From Gammaproteobacteria bacterium (GTDB lineage: Bacteria; Pseudomonadota; Gammaproteobacteria; Natronospirales; JAJUFS01): a stretch of DNA of 64,000 nt. The notes beneath the pieces are model-generated. The model did not search any database, was not told the origin of the DNA, and saw only the letters and a program-made list of their open reading frames with translations. Location of the stretch: contig DASVDI010000021.1 in NCBI GenBank assembly GCA_036381175.1, forward strand, positions 56,271 through 120,270. The letters are read 5' to 3'. Shown one piece after another: positions 9,091-19,203 of this stretch; the stretch's first letter is position 1; every line of letters starts with the position of its first letter. A program made the translations under genes and the position numbers.

Positions 9091-10461
9091 TTAAAAACCC
9101 GGGAAACCGCCGCTCCCTGGAGGCATTCGCCCTCCCAGGCTTCGCATCATTTTCTTCATCCCGCCCTTCTGCATCTTTTTCATCATCTTGCTCATCTGCG
9201 TGAACTGCTTGAGCAGGCGATTGATGTCCTGCACCTGCGTGCCGGAACCTGCTGCAATGCGGCGCTTGCGCGAACCATTCATCAAATCCGGCTTGCGGCG
9301 CTCGCGCGGCGTCATGGAATCGATAATCGCCATCTGGCGACGGAATTCCTTGTTGGCGCGCTCGGCCTGCGCGCCGGCATTCGGCACCTTGCCCATCCCG
9401 GGAAGCTTGTCCATGAGGCTTTCAAGCCCGCCCATCTTCTGCATCTGCGCGAGCTGATCGCGGAAATCCGCGAGATTGAAACCCTTGCCGGACTTGAGTT
9501 TTTTCGCCAGCTTCTCGGCCTTGGCCTGGTCCGTCTGTTCCTGGACGCTTTCAACCAGGCTGACCACGTCGCCCATTCCGAGGATTCGCCCCGCAATGCG
9601 CGCCGGATCGAATGCTTCCAGCGCCGCCGATTTCTCGCCCACGCCGAGGAACTTGATCGGCGCGCCGGTGATGTTGCGCACCGACAGGGCCGCGCCACCG
9701 CGGGCGTCGCCGTCCGCCTTGGTCAGGATCACGCCCGTCAGCGGCAGCGCCTCGCCAAAGGCTTTCGCGGTATTCGCCGCGTCCTGTCCGGTCATGGCAT
9801 CGACGACGAACAAGGTCTCGATGGGCTCGACGGCGGCGTGAATGCCGCGCACCTCGTCCATCATTTTTTCGTCGATGGCAAGGCGCCCGGCGGTATCGAG
9901 AATCAACACATCGACGTGCTTGCGCTTCGCGGCGTCCAGCGCACGGCGCGCGATGTCCACCGGATCCTGGCTCGGATCGGCGTCGTGGAAAGCCACCTCG
10001 ACCTCGCCCGCCAGCGTGCGCAACTGCTCCATCGCCGCGGGACGGTAAACGTCCAGGCTCGCGAGCATTACCTGTTTCGACTGCTTCTGTTTCAAAAGCC
10101 GCGCGAGCTTGCCGGCCGATGTGGTCTTGCCAGCACCCTGCAGACCCGCCAGCAGGATGATCGCCGGCGGCTGCACACGCAGGTTCAGTTCGGCGGCCTC
10201 GCCCATCACGCGCACCAGCTCGTCGTGCACGATTTTCACCAGCACCTGGCCGGGCGACAGCGATTTCAGGACTTCGGCACCGAGCGCACGTTCGCGCACC
10301 TGCGTCGTGAATTCCTTCACGACCGGCAGTGCGACGTCCGCCTCCAGGAGCGCCATGCGGATTTCGCGCAAGGAATCCTTGATGTTGTCTTCGGTGAGGC
10401 GGCCCTTGCCGCGCACGCCATCGAAGACGCGGCCTAGACGATCGGAAAGATTCTGGAACAT
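9091..10461 (-). CDS. ffh: Signal recognition particle protein Ffh
   Basis: The NG domain has GLQGAGKTT and DTAGR. The M domain is Met-rich, with the tail ...MSKMMKKMQKGGMKKMMRSL... Confidence 0.98.
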   Translation of the reverse strand: MFQNLSDRLGRVFDGVRGKGRLTEDNIKDSLREIRMALLEADVALPVVKEFTTQVRERALGAEVLKSLSPGQVLVKIVHDELVRVMGEAAELNLRVQPPAIILLAGLQGAGKTTSAGKLARLLKQKQSKQVMLASLDVYRPAAMEQLRTLAGEVEVAFHDADPSQDPVDIARRALDAAKRKHVDVLILDTAGRLAIDEKMMDEVRGIHAAVEPIETLFVVDAMTGQDAANTAKAFGEALPLTGVILTKADGDARGGAALSVRNITGAPIKFLGVGEKSAALEAFDPARIAGRILGMGDVVSLVESVQEQTDQAKAEKLAKKLKSGKGFNLADFRDQLAQMQKMGGLESLMDKLPGMGKVPNAGAQAERANKEFRRQMAIIDSMTPRERRKPDLMNGSRKRRIAAGSGTQVQDINRLLKQFTQMSKMMKKMQKGGMKKMMRSLGGRMPPGSGGFPGF

Positions 10462-10524
10462 GGGATGGATACGACCTGGGAAACTGATGCGGCAGCGCGG
10501 TGCTGCGAGAAAACCGGAACGGAA

Positions 10525-11292
10525 TTATAACGTGAAGGTTTCGCCACCGGCCAAGCGATGCACCCGGCGGTTCGGAATCGCGGCGCATACTTCCTGGAAA
10601 ATTTCATTTTCAGCCCCGGGCTTCAGATGCGTGATCCAGATGTCGGGATCGTGCTTCAGCTTGGCAAGGTCAGCCGCGAGGCTTTGTGGACAGTAATGAC
10701 GGGCGAGCCAGGCGAGCTGTTCGTTGCGATTACCGAAAGCGGTTTCTACGACGAGCAGGTCGAGGCGCGGCAGCGTGTTCAGCGCGGCCCAGAAGGTGTC
10801 ATTCGCGGCCGTATCGCCACTGAACGCAAACGCCTTTCCGTCCTGCTCGACGATGTAGGCGACGCCGGGAACGGTATGGTTGACATCAACGGCCGTGATT
10901 TTCCGGTTGCCCACGCTGACCGGTTCGCCGAGCGTGATGTCACGAAACCGCATGACGGGACTTTCAGCACTCGGCAATGCGGAGAAATCCGGCCACAGGA
11001 TCCAGTTGAAAATGTGCTTGCGGATCGCATCCAGGGTTTCGTGCCGGCCATGAACGGTCAGCGGATCGTCCAGCCGCGCCTCGAAAACCGTATCGACCAG
11101 CAGGGGCAGCCCGCCGGTGTGATCCAGGTGCGAGTGCGTCATGAATACGTGACGGATCGCGCGCATTTCGGCGAGCGTCATGTCGCCGATACCCGTTCCG
11201 GTGTCGATCAGAATGTCGTCGTCGATCCGGATCGCGGTCGTGCGCAAGCCGTCGCCGATTCCCCCGCTGCAGCCGAGGATCTTGATCTGCAT
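10525..11292 (-). CDS. Class II 3',5'-cyclic-nucleotide phosphodiesterase (MBL-fold)
   Basis: MQIKILGCSGGIG... and HSHLDHTGGLPLLV closely match the class II PDE signature H-x-H-L-D-H. The start is trimmed to ATG 11292, and the upstream 56 codons are Arg-rich junk. Confidence 0.75.
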   Translation of the reverse strand: MQIKILGCSGGIGDGLRTTAIRIDDDILIDTGTGIGDMTLAEMRAIRHVFMTHSHLDHTGGLPLLVDTVFEARLDDPLTVHGRHETLDAIRKHIFNWILWPDFSALPSAESPVMRFRDITLGEPVSVGNRKITAVDVNHTVPGVAYIVEQDGKAFAFSGDTAANDTFWAALNTLPRLDLLVVETAFGNRNEQLAWLARHYCPQSLAADLAKLKHDPDIWITHLKPGAENEIFQEVCAAIPNRRVHRLAGGETFTL

Positions 11293-11477
11293 TATTCGTG
11301 ATTCCCGGGATGGTTGCCCGCGACCCCGTTTGCCCCCCGTCGGGCGTTCAAACGATGTTAGCACAAGGATTTCAGACGGGACGCGGGCGTGATTCACGTC
11401 TCGATTCGCGCACCGCTTCAAGGCAGCAGCGCGCTGTGCCATCATCATGCGGCCCTGCATTCAAGGAAATCCGCATT

Positions 11478-12290
11478 GTGACGGCCACCGTCCTGACAGC
11501 CTTTATCGCCTACCTTGCCGCGGCCGCGTGGTTGTTCGTGCGAGCACGGCGCGGCGCGAACGCCATCACCGTGCCACGCTGGCCGGCGCTGGTTTTCGCG
11601 GGCATCGGCGTCACGCTGCATGCCGTTGCCCTGTACCTCGCCATCCACCTGCCCGGCGGACTCAATTTCGGACTCATCAACATGTTCTCGCTGATGGCCT
11701 GGCAGATCGGCCTGCTCACGTTCGCGAGTTCGCTCAGAACAGGACCTGCGAACTTCGGCATCGTGTTGTATCCGCTGGTGGCAATCGGCGTTCTGCTGTT
11801 GCCGCTGGGTGATACCACGACAGTCGTGCTGCGACAGATGAGCTGGCAACTGGAAGCCCACGTCCTGCTTTCCGTGCTGGCCTACGGTCTGCTGGCGCTC
11901 GCGGCGTTCCAGGCCATCCTGCTGGCCTTGCAGGATTTCCGGCTGCGGCATCATCGCCCCGGCGGCGTGCTGCTCGCGCTGCCGCCGCTCGCGGCCATGG
12001 AAACGCTGCTTTTCCAGACGCTGGCACTCGGTTTCGCACTGCTGAGCCTCGCGCTGTTCAGTGGCCTGATTTTCATCGAAGACCTGCTTGGCCAGCACCT
12101 TGCTCACAAGACTGTCCTGTCGATTTTCGCGTGGCTGGTGTTCGCTGTGCTGCTGTGGGGACGCTGGCGTTTCGGCTGGCGCGGGCGCACCGCCATGCGC
12201 TGGACGCTGGGCGGCTTTTCGCTGCTGGTGCTCGCGTATTTCGGCTCGAAGCTGGTTCTTGAAGCCGTCAAGGGCGTGCACTGGGGTTGA
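11478..12290 (+). CDS. CcsA/YpjD-family inner-membrane protein (cytochrome c assembly family)
   Basis: About 270 aa with roughly 8 TM segments. It is divergent from the ffh operon, as ypjD is in E. coli. GTG start at 11478 with AAGGAA 8 nt upstream. Confidence 0.8.
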   Translation: MTATVLTAFIAYLAAAAWLFVRARRGANAITVPRWPALVFAGIGVTLHAVALYLAIHLPGGLNFGLINMFSLMAWQIGLLTFASSLRTGPANFGIVLYPLVAIGVLLLPLGDTTTVVLRQMSWQLEAHVLLSVLAYGLLALAAFQAILLALQDFRLRHHRPGGVLLALPPLAAMETLLFQTLALGFALLSLALFSGLIFIEDLLGQHLAHKTVLSIFAWLVFAVLLWGRWRFGWRGRTAMRWTLGGFSLLVLAYFGSKLVLEAVKGVHWG

Positions 12291-12359
12291 CACCCACTTC
12301 ACGGTTCACGCGACAATGAACGCCTCGCGGCGACCGCCGCTCCCGGAGATCCATCCCGC

Positions 12360-13205
12360 TTGAACGTTATTCCCACTGGTATTGCCATCGGCGCGCTCCT
12401 TCTCCCGTTTTGCGTATTCCTTTTATTACGCTGGCTCCGCGCTTTCCCCCGTAAAGCTCAAATATCGCTCGACACCGAAACCGGCACGCGACTGCTCGCA
12501 CTGGAAGACGCCAGCGTCGAAGACGTCATGGTGCCGAGAGCCGGGATTGCTGGAATCGATCTTGACGATGACTGGAACGCGATCCGTGAGCAGCTGGAAA
12601 ACAGCCAGCACACGCGCTTGCCGGTTTATGCGGAGACGATCGACAACGTTCTTGGTTTCCTGCACCTGCGCAAGGTGCTGGCAGCCATGTCACGCGAGGC
12701 GAGTTCGAAGGAGCGATTGCGCGAACACATCGAGGATGCGTATTTCATTCCCGAGGCCACGCCGCTGCATCGGCAGTTGCGGGCATTCGGAGAAAACCGC
12801 CAGCGCATCGGCTTGGTCGTCGATGAATACGGCGACATCCGTGGACTGGTCACGCTGGCAGACATTGTTGGCGAAATCATCGACGCGTTCGCGACGGAAC
12901 CGGCAAGGAACAACCACGGAATCACGCCGGAAGCCGCGGGCGGTTTTCTCGTGCGCGGCAATGTTTCCGTACGCGCACTGAATCGCGCGCTCGATTGGGC
13001 GTTGCCCACCGACGGGCCGAAAACGCTGAACGGCCTGATTCTCGAAACGCTGGAAACGATCCCGCAGCCGAACACCAGCGTGCGCATCGATGGTTATCCG
13101 CTGGAAGTCGTGCAGACGACGCGTAACGCTGTAAAAGTAGTGCGCGTGCGACCCCCGCAGAAGGAAGAAGATACGGCGCTGAAAACCGGCGAGTTCACTG
13201 ACTGA
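12360..13205 (+). CDS. CBS-pair plus CorC/HlyC C-terminal domain protein (CorC/YfjD-like, single N-terminal TM)
   Basis: TTG start. ...VEDVMVPRAGI... and ...IGLVVDEYGDIRGLVTLADIVGEI... are CBS/CorC hallmarks. It follows the ypjD-like gene, as yfjD does. Confidence 0.85.
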   Translation: MNVIPTGIAIGALLLPFCVFLLLRWLRAFPRKAQISLDTETGTRLLALEDASVEDVMVPRAGIAGIDLDDDWNAIREQLENSQHTRLPVYAETIDNVLGFLHLRKVLAAMSREASSKERLREHIEDAYFIPEATPLHRQLRAFGENRQRIGLVVDEYGDIRGLVTLADIVGEIIDAFATEPARNNHGITPEAAGGFLVRGNVSVRALNRALDWALPTDGPKTLNGLILETLETIPQPNTSVRIDGYPLEVVQTTRNAVKVVRVRPPQKEEDTALKTGEFTD

Positions 13206-14576
13206 TCAAAAGCCCGCCGCCTGCACGGCGTCGATCAATCGCTGCACCGGCACGATTTCCATTCCGGCGATTTTCAGGCTGCGCGGTGCGTTGCCTTTCG
13301 GCACGATCGCGCGCTTGAAGCCGTGCTTCGCCGCTTCACGCAGCCGCTCCTCGCCGTTGTAAACCGGCCGCACCTCGCCCGCGAGTCCGACTTCGCCGAA
13401 CATCACGAGTCCTTCCAGAAGCGGCTTGTCGCGAAAACTCGACAAGGCCGCCAGCAGCACGGGCAGATCCGCGGCCGTCTCCGCCACGCGCAAACCGCCG
13501 ACGACATTCACGAATACATCCTGGTCGTACATCGCGATGCCGCCGTGCCGGTGCAGAACGGCAAGCAGCATGGACAGGCGATTCTGCTCCATGCCGACCG
13601 CCACGCGACGGGGATTGGCAAGATGACTGCCATCGACCAGCGCCTGCACTTCCAGCAACAACGGTCGACTGCCTTCACGCGTCACCGTCACTGCGCTGCC
13701 GCTTACAGGGCTGACGTGTTTTGAAAGAAATATGGCCGAGGGATTTTTCACTTCCTTCAAGCCGCCATCGGTCATCACGAACACGCCGAGTTCGTTCACC
13801 GCACCGAAGCGATTTTTCACCGCGCGAATCACGCGGTAACGCGAACCGGCGTCGTTCTCGAAATACAGCACGGTATCGACCATGTGCTCCAGCACGCGCG
13901 GCCCGGCGATGACGCCTTCCTTGGTCACGTGACCGACGAGAAAAACCGCGATGTCCGTCTGCTTGGCGAGCCGCACGAGTTGCGCGGCCGATTCGCGCAA
14001 TTGCGCCACTGCGCCCGGCGCGGACTGCAAACTTTCCGAATGAATGGTCTGGATGGAATCGACAATCAGCACACCCGGTTTCTCAGTGCGTGCGGATTCG
14101 GCAATCGCCTCGACGCAGGTTTCGGACAGCAGGCTCAGGGATGCGGTCGGAACGCCAAGGCGTCGCGCGCGCAAGCCGACCTGCTGCAACGATTCCTCGC
14201 CGGTGACGTAAAGCACGTCAAGGCTTTCGCTCAATGTCGCTGCCGCCTGCATCAGCAAGGTGGATTTCCCGATGCCGGGATCGCCGCCGATCAACGTCAC
14301 CGATCCGGCCACCAGGCCGCCGCCCAGCACGCGATCCAGTTCACCGATGCCGCTTGCCGTGCGCGGTGTTTCCACGCCGGCAACGTCAGTCAGTCGCTGG
14401 CTGCGTGGAACTTCACCCGCCCAGCCGGAAGCGCGTCGCGTCGCCACTGTCGGTGTCGCCGCGGAAATGCTTTCCAGCAAGCTGTCCCAGGCTCCACAGC
14501 CGCCGCACTGGCCCGCCCACTGCGGAAAATCCGCGCCGCAGGACTGGCAGGTGTATTGCTTCCTGGGTTTGGCCAT
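13206..14576 (-). CDS. radA: DNA repair protein RadA/Sms
   Basis: Zinc finger CQSCG...CGGCGAW, Walker A GDPGIGKST, KNRFG motif, and a Lon-like C-terminus. Confidence 0.98.
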   Translation of the reverse strand: MAKPRKQYTCQSCGADFPQWAGQCGGCGAWDSLLESISAATPTVATRRASGWAGEVPRSQRLTDVAGVETPRTASGIGELDRVLGGGLVAGSVTLIGGDPGIGKSTLLMQAAATLSESLDVLYVTGEESLQQVGLRARRLGVPTASLSLLSETCVEAIAESARTEKPGVLIVDSIQTIHSESLQSAPGAVAQLRESAAQLVRLAKQTDIAVFLVGHVTKEGVIAGPRVLEHMVDTVLYFENDAGSRYRVIRAVKNRFGAVNELGVFVMTDGGLKEVKNPSAIFLSKHVSPVSGSAVTVTREGSRPLLLEVQALVDGSHLANPRRVAVGMEQNRLSMLLAVLHRHGGIAMYDQDVFVNVVGGLRVAETAADLPVLLAALSSFRDKPLLEGLVMFGEVGLAGEVRPVYNGEERLREAAKHGFKRAIVPKGNAPRSLKIAGMEIVPVQRLIDAVQAAGF

Positions 14577-14706
14577 CTCAAAAATCCTGTTTCAACATGA
14601 ATGCGCGCAACGATGGCGCGCCAAAGAACGCCGCGAATCGTAGCACGGCGGATATTTGCGTCCGAGAACAAGTCAGCTACTATGTTTCCATTCACAAAAG
14701 CAGTAA

Positions 14707-17409
14707 ATGCGGGGGCATGCGGTGAAAAAGGGGTTCTGGACCGCCGATTGGTTTTTCGGCCTGGTCTTCTCACTGCTGTTCTTCGTACTCGCCTTTGTCG
14801 TTTACGCCGATTCCTTTTCGCGTCTTGAGACCTTCGCCTACGATCTCGGCATGCGCGCCTCAAGCGCCGAGCCGAGCGATCGCATCGCGATCATCGAAAT
14901 CGACGACGCGAGCATCGAAGCCATCGGCCGCTGGCCGTGGCCGCGCAACCTGCACGCCGTCATGATTGATCGTCTCGCCGCAGGCGGCGCGAAAGTGATC
15001 GGCGCAACCCTGCTTTTTTCAGAACCGCAGCGAGATCCCGGCCTGCTGTACGTCGAGGACCTGGCGGATTTTTACGACGCATCCTCTCTCGGCCGTTATG
15101 GACCGCTGCCCGAACCCGTTGACGCATCGACAACAGAATCGTCGTCCGACATCGGGACGACCAACACCGATGTCGCCGTTGTCGCTGTTGAACCCGCAAC
15201 TGTTATTGCTTCGGATGACACCACGCCAGCGAACGCAGAGCCGGTTGAACTTTTCGCACCGGAACTGCCCGCAGAACTGATCAACGACCTTGTCACCCTG
15301 CGCGAGCGCATGGCGGCGGCAAACGAAGGGCTCGACACTGACGCGCGTCTCGCGGAGAGCATTGCGAGCGCCGGTAACGTCGTCATTCCATTCGTTCTCG
15401 ATGAAATCAACCCGCTCGGCCGACCGGATACGGAACCGCCCGCCTGGATGCTGGCGAATGCAATCGATGGCGAAAGCGCCAACGCGATTACGTTCGGCAA
15501 TGTCCAGCCACCAATAGAAAGTATCGGCATGACTGCATCCGGCCTCGGCCACCTGGTGCTGTTGCCGGACGACGACGGCGCGCTGCGTTTCGAACCGCTG
15601 ACCGTCAGGTATCACGACGTGATGTTCCCCTCGTTCGCGCTGGCCGTCGCCGCCAAAAGCCTGAACCTGCAGCCACAAGACATCCGCGTATCCGGCGACC
15701 GCGTGACACTCGGCAATCTCGAAATCGGCACCACGTCCGATCTCCTGATGTACAACTACTATTACAACCCGACCACAAACGGACCCGCGTTCCCGCGGTA
15801 TTCTTTTGCGGATGTCTTCCAGGGTGTCATCCCGATCGATCGCTTCGAAGACAAGATCGTGCTTATCGGTGGCACGGCACTTGGCATCGGCAATGCTTTC
15901 GCCACACCGGTCTCATCCAACATGGCGCCGGTTGCCGTTGCCGCCCACACGATTTCAGCACTTCTGCAGGAAGACTTTTTCACGCGCCCCGCCTGGGCGA
16001 ATCTCGCCGAAAGCGGCGTGTTCCTGTTGATTGTGATCTACCTCATTACTCTACTGCCGCGCATGAAGCCGGGCACTGCTGCCGTAGTGTCGCTGGCGCT
16101 GCTGCTCGCGATGATCTCGGTGGAGTTCTCGCTGCTCGGCGCGGAGAACATCTGGCTGAAGTTCATGGTGCCCGCGGTATTCCTGCTCGCTGGACATCTG
16201 ATGGTGACCATCAAGCGAGCCCGCGTCACGGACATGATTCGCATCCGTTCCGAAGCGGAAGGCGCGGAAAGCAATCGCATGCTCGGCCTCGCCTTCCAGG
16301 GCCAGGGCCAGCTCGACATGGCCTTCGAGAAATTCCGCAAATGTCCAATGGACGATTCGGTCATGGACCTGCTGTACAACCTCGCGCTGGATTACGAGCG
16401 CAAGCGCCAGCACAACAAGGCGGGTTCGGTGTACGCGTTCATGGCGGATCACAACCCGAACTACCGCGACCTCAAGCAGCGCATGAAACGCACGAAAGCC
16501 ATGGAAGAAACGGTGGTGCTCGGCGGCTCGGGCGGTCATCCCGGCGGCACACTGATGCTCGACGGCGACGACATCCAGAAACCGATGCTGGGCCGCTACC
16601 AGGTTGAAAAGGAACTCGGCAAGGGCGCGATGGGCGTGGTGTATCTCGGCCGCGATCCGAAGATCAATCGCGTTGTCGCAATCAAGACGATGGCGCTGTC
16701 GCAGGAATTCGAGGAAGACGAACTCGAGGACGTGAAGCAGCGTTTCTTCCGCGAAGCCGAAACCGCCGGCCGTTTGAATCACCCGAACATCGTGACCATT
16801 TACGATGCCGGCGAGGAACACGATCTCGCCTACATCGCCATGGAATTTCTCAAGGGCCGGGATCTTGTGCCGTTCACGAAACCGGACAAGCTGCTGTCCT
16901 TCGAGAAGATCATCGACATCATCGCCTGCTCCGCCGAAGCGCTGGACTTCGCGCACCAGCAAGGCGTCGTACACCGTGACATCAAGCCGGCCAACATGAT
17001 GTACGAGCCGGATTCCGGCAGCATGAAGATCACTGACTTCGGCATCGCGCGCATCACTGATTCAAGCAAGACGAAAACCGGCATGGTGCTCGGTACACCG
17101 TCATACATGTCACCGGAACAGTTGTCCGGCCAGAAGGTCGATGGCCGCTCTGATCTCTTTTCGCTGGGCGCCACGTTCTATCAATTGCTCACGGGCCAGT
17201 TGCCGTTTCGCGCCGACTCGATGGCAACGTTGATGTACAAGATTGCCAACGAAGAACAGGCACCTGTCACGCTGCTTCGGCCCGACTTGCCGGAGCGCGT
17301 CGATGCTGTTATCAACAAGGCGCTGGAGAAGGACATCGGCAAGCGTTACCAGCGTGGCAGCGAGATGGCTGCTGACGTCCGGTCGTGTGTTGCCGTGCTC
17401 GCTCGCTGA
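14707..17409 (+). CDS. CHASE2 sensor-domain Ser/Thr protein kinase (Hanks type)
   Basis: The N-terminus (...IAIIEIDDASIEAIGRWPWPRNLHAVMIDRL...) is CHASE2-like. It is followed by 3 TM segments and a TPR-like linker. The kinase motifs are GKGAMGVVY, HRDIKPANMM, DFGIAR and GTPSYMSPEQ. An alternative GTG start at 14722 is possible. Confidence 0.9.
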   Translation: MRGHAVKKGFWTADWFFGLVFSLLFFVLAFVVYADSFSRLETFAYDLGMRASSAEPSDRIAIIEIDDASIEAIGRWPWPRNLHAVMIDRLAAGGAKVIGATLLFSEPQRDPGLLYVEDLADFYDASSLGRYGPLPEPVDASTTESSSDIGTTNTDVAVVAVEPATVIASDDTTPANAEPVELFAPELPAELINDLVTLRERMAAANEGLDTDARLAESIASAGNVVIPFVLDEINPLGRPDTEPPAWMLANAIDGESANAITFGNVQPPIESIGMTASGLGHLVLLPDDDGALRFEPLTVRYHDVMFPSFALAVAAKSLNLQPQDIRVSGDRVTLGNLEIGTTSDLLMYNYYYNPTTNGPAFPRYSFADVFQGVIPIDRFEDKIVLIGGTALGIGNAFATPVSSNMAPVAVAAHTISALLQEDFFTRPAWANLAESGVFLLIVIYLITLLPRMKPGTAAVVSLALLLAMISVEFSLLGAENIWLKFMVPAVFLLAGHLMVTIKRARVTDMIRIRSEAEGAESNRMLGLAFQGQGQLDMAFEKFRKCPMDDSVMDLLYNLALDYERKRQHNKAGSVYAFMADHNPNYRDLKQRMKRTKAMEETVVLGGSGGHPGGTLMLDGDDIQKPMLGRYQVEKELGKGAMGVVYLGRDPKINRVVAIKTMALSQEFEEDELEDVKQRFFREAETAGRLNHPNIVTIYDAGEEHDLAYIAMEFLKGRDLVPFTKPDKLLSFEKIIDIIACSAEALDFAHQQGVVHRDIKPANMMYEPDSGSMKITDFGIARITDSSKTKTGMVLGTPSYMSPEQLSGQKVDGRSDLFSLGATFYQLLTGQLPFRADSMATLMYKIANEEQAPVTLLRPDLPERVDAVINKALEKDIGKRYQRGSEMAADVRSCVAVLAR

Positions 17410-17423
17410 CAAGGACAAGAACA

Positions 17424-18245
17424 ATGAGCCTGAAGGGCAAAATGCAATTCATGGGTCTTTCCGATACCGGTCGCGTCCGTTCGCATAACGAAGACGCGAT
17501 CGGCACGGATCTCGAAACCGGCCTGATCGTGCTCGCCGACGGCATGGGCGGCTACAAGGCCGGTGAGGTCGCGAGCGCGCTTGCCGTCAAGACGATTACC
17601 GAAGAAGTCACGAAGAATCTCAAGGACGTTCGCAAGCAGAAGGCGCACGACAGCGGTTATGCGCCGGAAACCGTCCTGCTGCGAAACGCGATCATCAAGG
17701 CCAACGAGAACATTCACCAGACAGCGAAAAGCCAGCCGCAATGCGAAGGCATGGGCACCACGGTCGTCGCCTGCCTTTTCTACGACAACCGCGTATCGAT
17801 TGCGCATGTCGGCGATTCGCGTCTGTACCGTCTCCGCGGGGACCGCTTCGAGCAGGTAACGCTCGATCACTCACTCCTGCAGGAGTTGGTCTCCCGTGGT
17901 TTTTATACTCCCGAGGAAGCGCGCAAATCGCTGAACAAGAACCTCGTTACCCGCGCGCTCGGCATCGAACCGACCGTCCAGGTCGACGTCCAGGAAGACG
18001 TTGTGTTGAGCGGAGAAGTCCATCTTCTCTGCTCCGACGGACTCTCGGACATGGTCGAGGATGAGGATATTCACTTAACGATCAGCACCTTTAATGCTAA
18101 TCTTGAGATGGCTGCTCAACAGTTGGTCCGGATGGCGAACGACAACGGCGGGAAGGACAACGTCTCGGTGGTGCTGACCAAGGCGCTGAAATCCTTCGAG
18201 GCGAAACAAGGGGTACTCAACCGGTTCATGGACTGGTTCGCCTGA
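17424..18245 (+). CDS. PP2C-family Ser/Thr protein phosphatase
   Basis: ...GRVRSHNEDA..., ...LADGMGGYKAGEVAS..., ...GDSRLY..., ...CSDGLSDMV..., ...NGGKDNVSVV... ATG 17424 has AAGGA 8 nt upstream. Confidence 0.93.
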   Translation: MSLKGKMQFMGLSDTGRVRSHNEDAIGTDLETGLIVLADGMGGYKAGEVASALAVKTITEEVTKNLKDVRKQKAHDSGYAPETVLLRNAIIKANENIHQTAKSQPQCEGMGTTVVACLFYDNRVSIAHVGDSRLYRLRGDRFEQVTLDHSLLQELVSRGFYTPEEARKSLNKNLVTRALGIEPTVQVDVQEDVVLSGEVHLLCSDGLSDMVEDEDIHLTISTFNANLEMAAQQLVRMANDNGGKDNVSVVLTKALKSFEAKQGVLNRFMDWFA

Positions 18246-18263
18246 TAATAACGAGGGCTGGAA

Positions 18264-18980
18264 ATGGGAAAGTTGATCCTGAGTCTGGATGGCGCAGTAC
18301 TTGCCGAATACGACATGAACAAGGAGCGTTACACGATCGGCCGCCTGCCGGATAACGACATCCATGTCGACAACATGGCAGTCAGCGGGCATCACGCGTT
18401 GATCATCAATATCCTCAACGACTCCTTTCTCGAGGATCTGAACAGCACCAACGGCACTTACGTCAACGGCAAGCTCGTCAAGAAGCACGCGCTCCAGGAT
18501 GGCGACATCATCAGCGTCGGCAAGCATGCGCTGAAGTACTCGAACGAGAAGGCCGCAGCCGCAGGCGGTGGCGACGAGGACGAGTTCGAGAAAACCATGA
18601 TTATCCGCCCGGGCACCAAAGGCACGGGCGCGCCGAGCCTCGACAGCGTCAACAAGGCGGTCGCCGGTGCGGGCGGTGCACCGCTGGACGTCGATGCACA
18701 GAAAGGTCTGCCGCGCGCGAAGCTCCAGGTGCTTTCCGGCGCATTTGCCGGCAAGGAACTGGAACTCAACAAGGCGCTGACAACGCTGGGTCGTCCAGGC
18801 GTGCAGGTCGCGGCCATCACGCGACGCGCCGATGGTTTCTTTGTTGTTCCCGTCGAAGGCGACAGCGGCAAGCCGCCACAGGTAAATGACTCGCCTGTCG
18901 GTCGCGAAGGCGTCAAGCTCAAACACAACGATGTCATCGAACTCGCCGGTGTGAAGATGGGGTTCTTTGAATTGAAGTAA
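18264..18980 (+). CDS. Dual FHA-domain protein
   Basis: N-terminal FHA: ...YTIGRLPDNDIHVDNMAVSGHHALI...NSTNGTYVNG... The C-terminal half is a second, FHA-like module (...TLGRPGVQVAAITRR...VNDSPV...). A Gly/Ala-rich linker joins them. Confidence 0.88.
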   Translation: MGKLILSLDGAVLAEYDMNKERYTIGRLPDNDIHVDNMAVSGHHALIINILNDSFLEDLNSTNGTYVNGKLVKKHALQDGDIISVGKHALKYSNEKAAAAGGGDEDEFEKTMIIRPGTKGTGAPSLDSVNKAVAGAGGAPLDVDAQKGLPRAKLQVLSGAFAGKELELNKALTTLGRPGVQVAAITRRADGFFVVPVEGDSGKPPQVNDSPVGREGVKLKHNDVIELAGVKMGFFELK

Positions 18981-19021
18981 TACGCGTTCAAGGCGTGTGA
19001 TAAGCGACGCGCGGATCAGGA

Positions 19022-19053
19022 AAGCGAATCCCATTGGGGTTCGCTTTTTTTTT
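19022..19053 (+). terminator. Rho-independent terminator after the FHA gene (REP-family hairpin plus T-run)
   Basis: AAGCGAAUCCC-AUU-GGGGUUCGCUU stem followed by a run of about 9 T. Confidence 0.75.
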
Positions 19054-19203
19054 GCGCCTTTTTGCAAGGAGTCGAAGTTCACCGGCGCTGACCTGAAACC
19101 CGGCAACAATGCGCACTTACGACATGGCGCAGATCACGATTATTTTCCAGCTCGAAATGCCGATCATTATTTCCGGCATTTTTTACTATTCAGGGATCCA
19201 GGG

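Noticed and set aside
14584-14592. Extra ACAGGATT or AATCCTGT occurrences at 14584 (radA leader), 22548 (start of the barrel gene, ATGAACAGGATT) and 26270 (dnaB leader), considered as further copies of the palindromic element.
   Set aside because: These are single 8-9-mers without the flanking GCAATRGAC arm or an inverted partner. One is simply codons (M-N-R-I) and one overlaps a Shine-Dalgarno AGGA. All are consistent with chance.
14707-18980. The FHA/PP2C/Ser-Thr-kinase trio, considered as the threonine-phosphorylation pathway of a type VI secretion system (PpkA/PppA/Fha1).
   Set aside because: No T6SS structural genes (tssA-M, hcp, vgrG, clpV) lie in the window. The kinase also carries CHASE2 rather than the PpkA vWA-type periplasmic domain.
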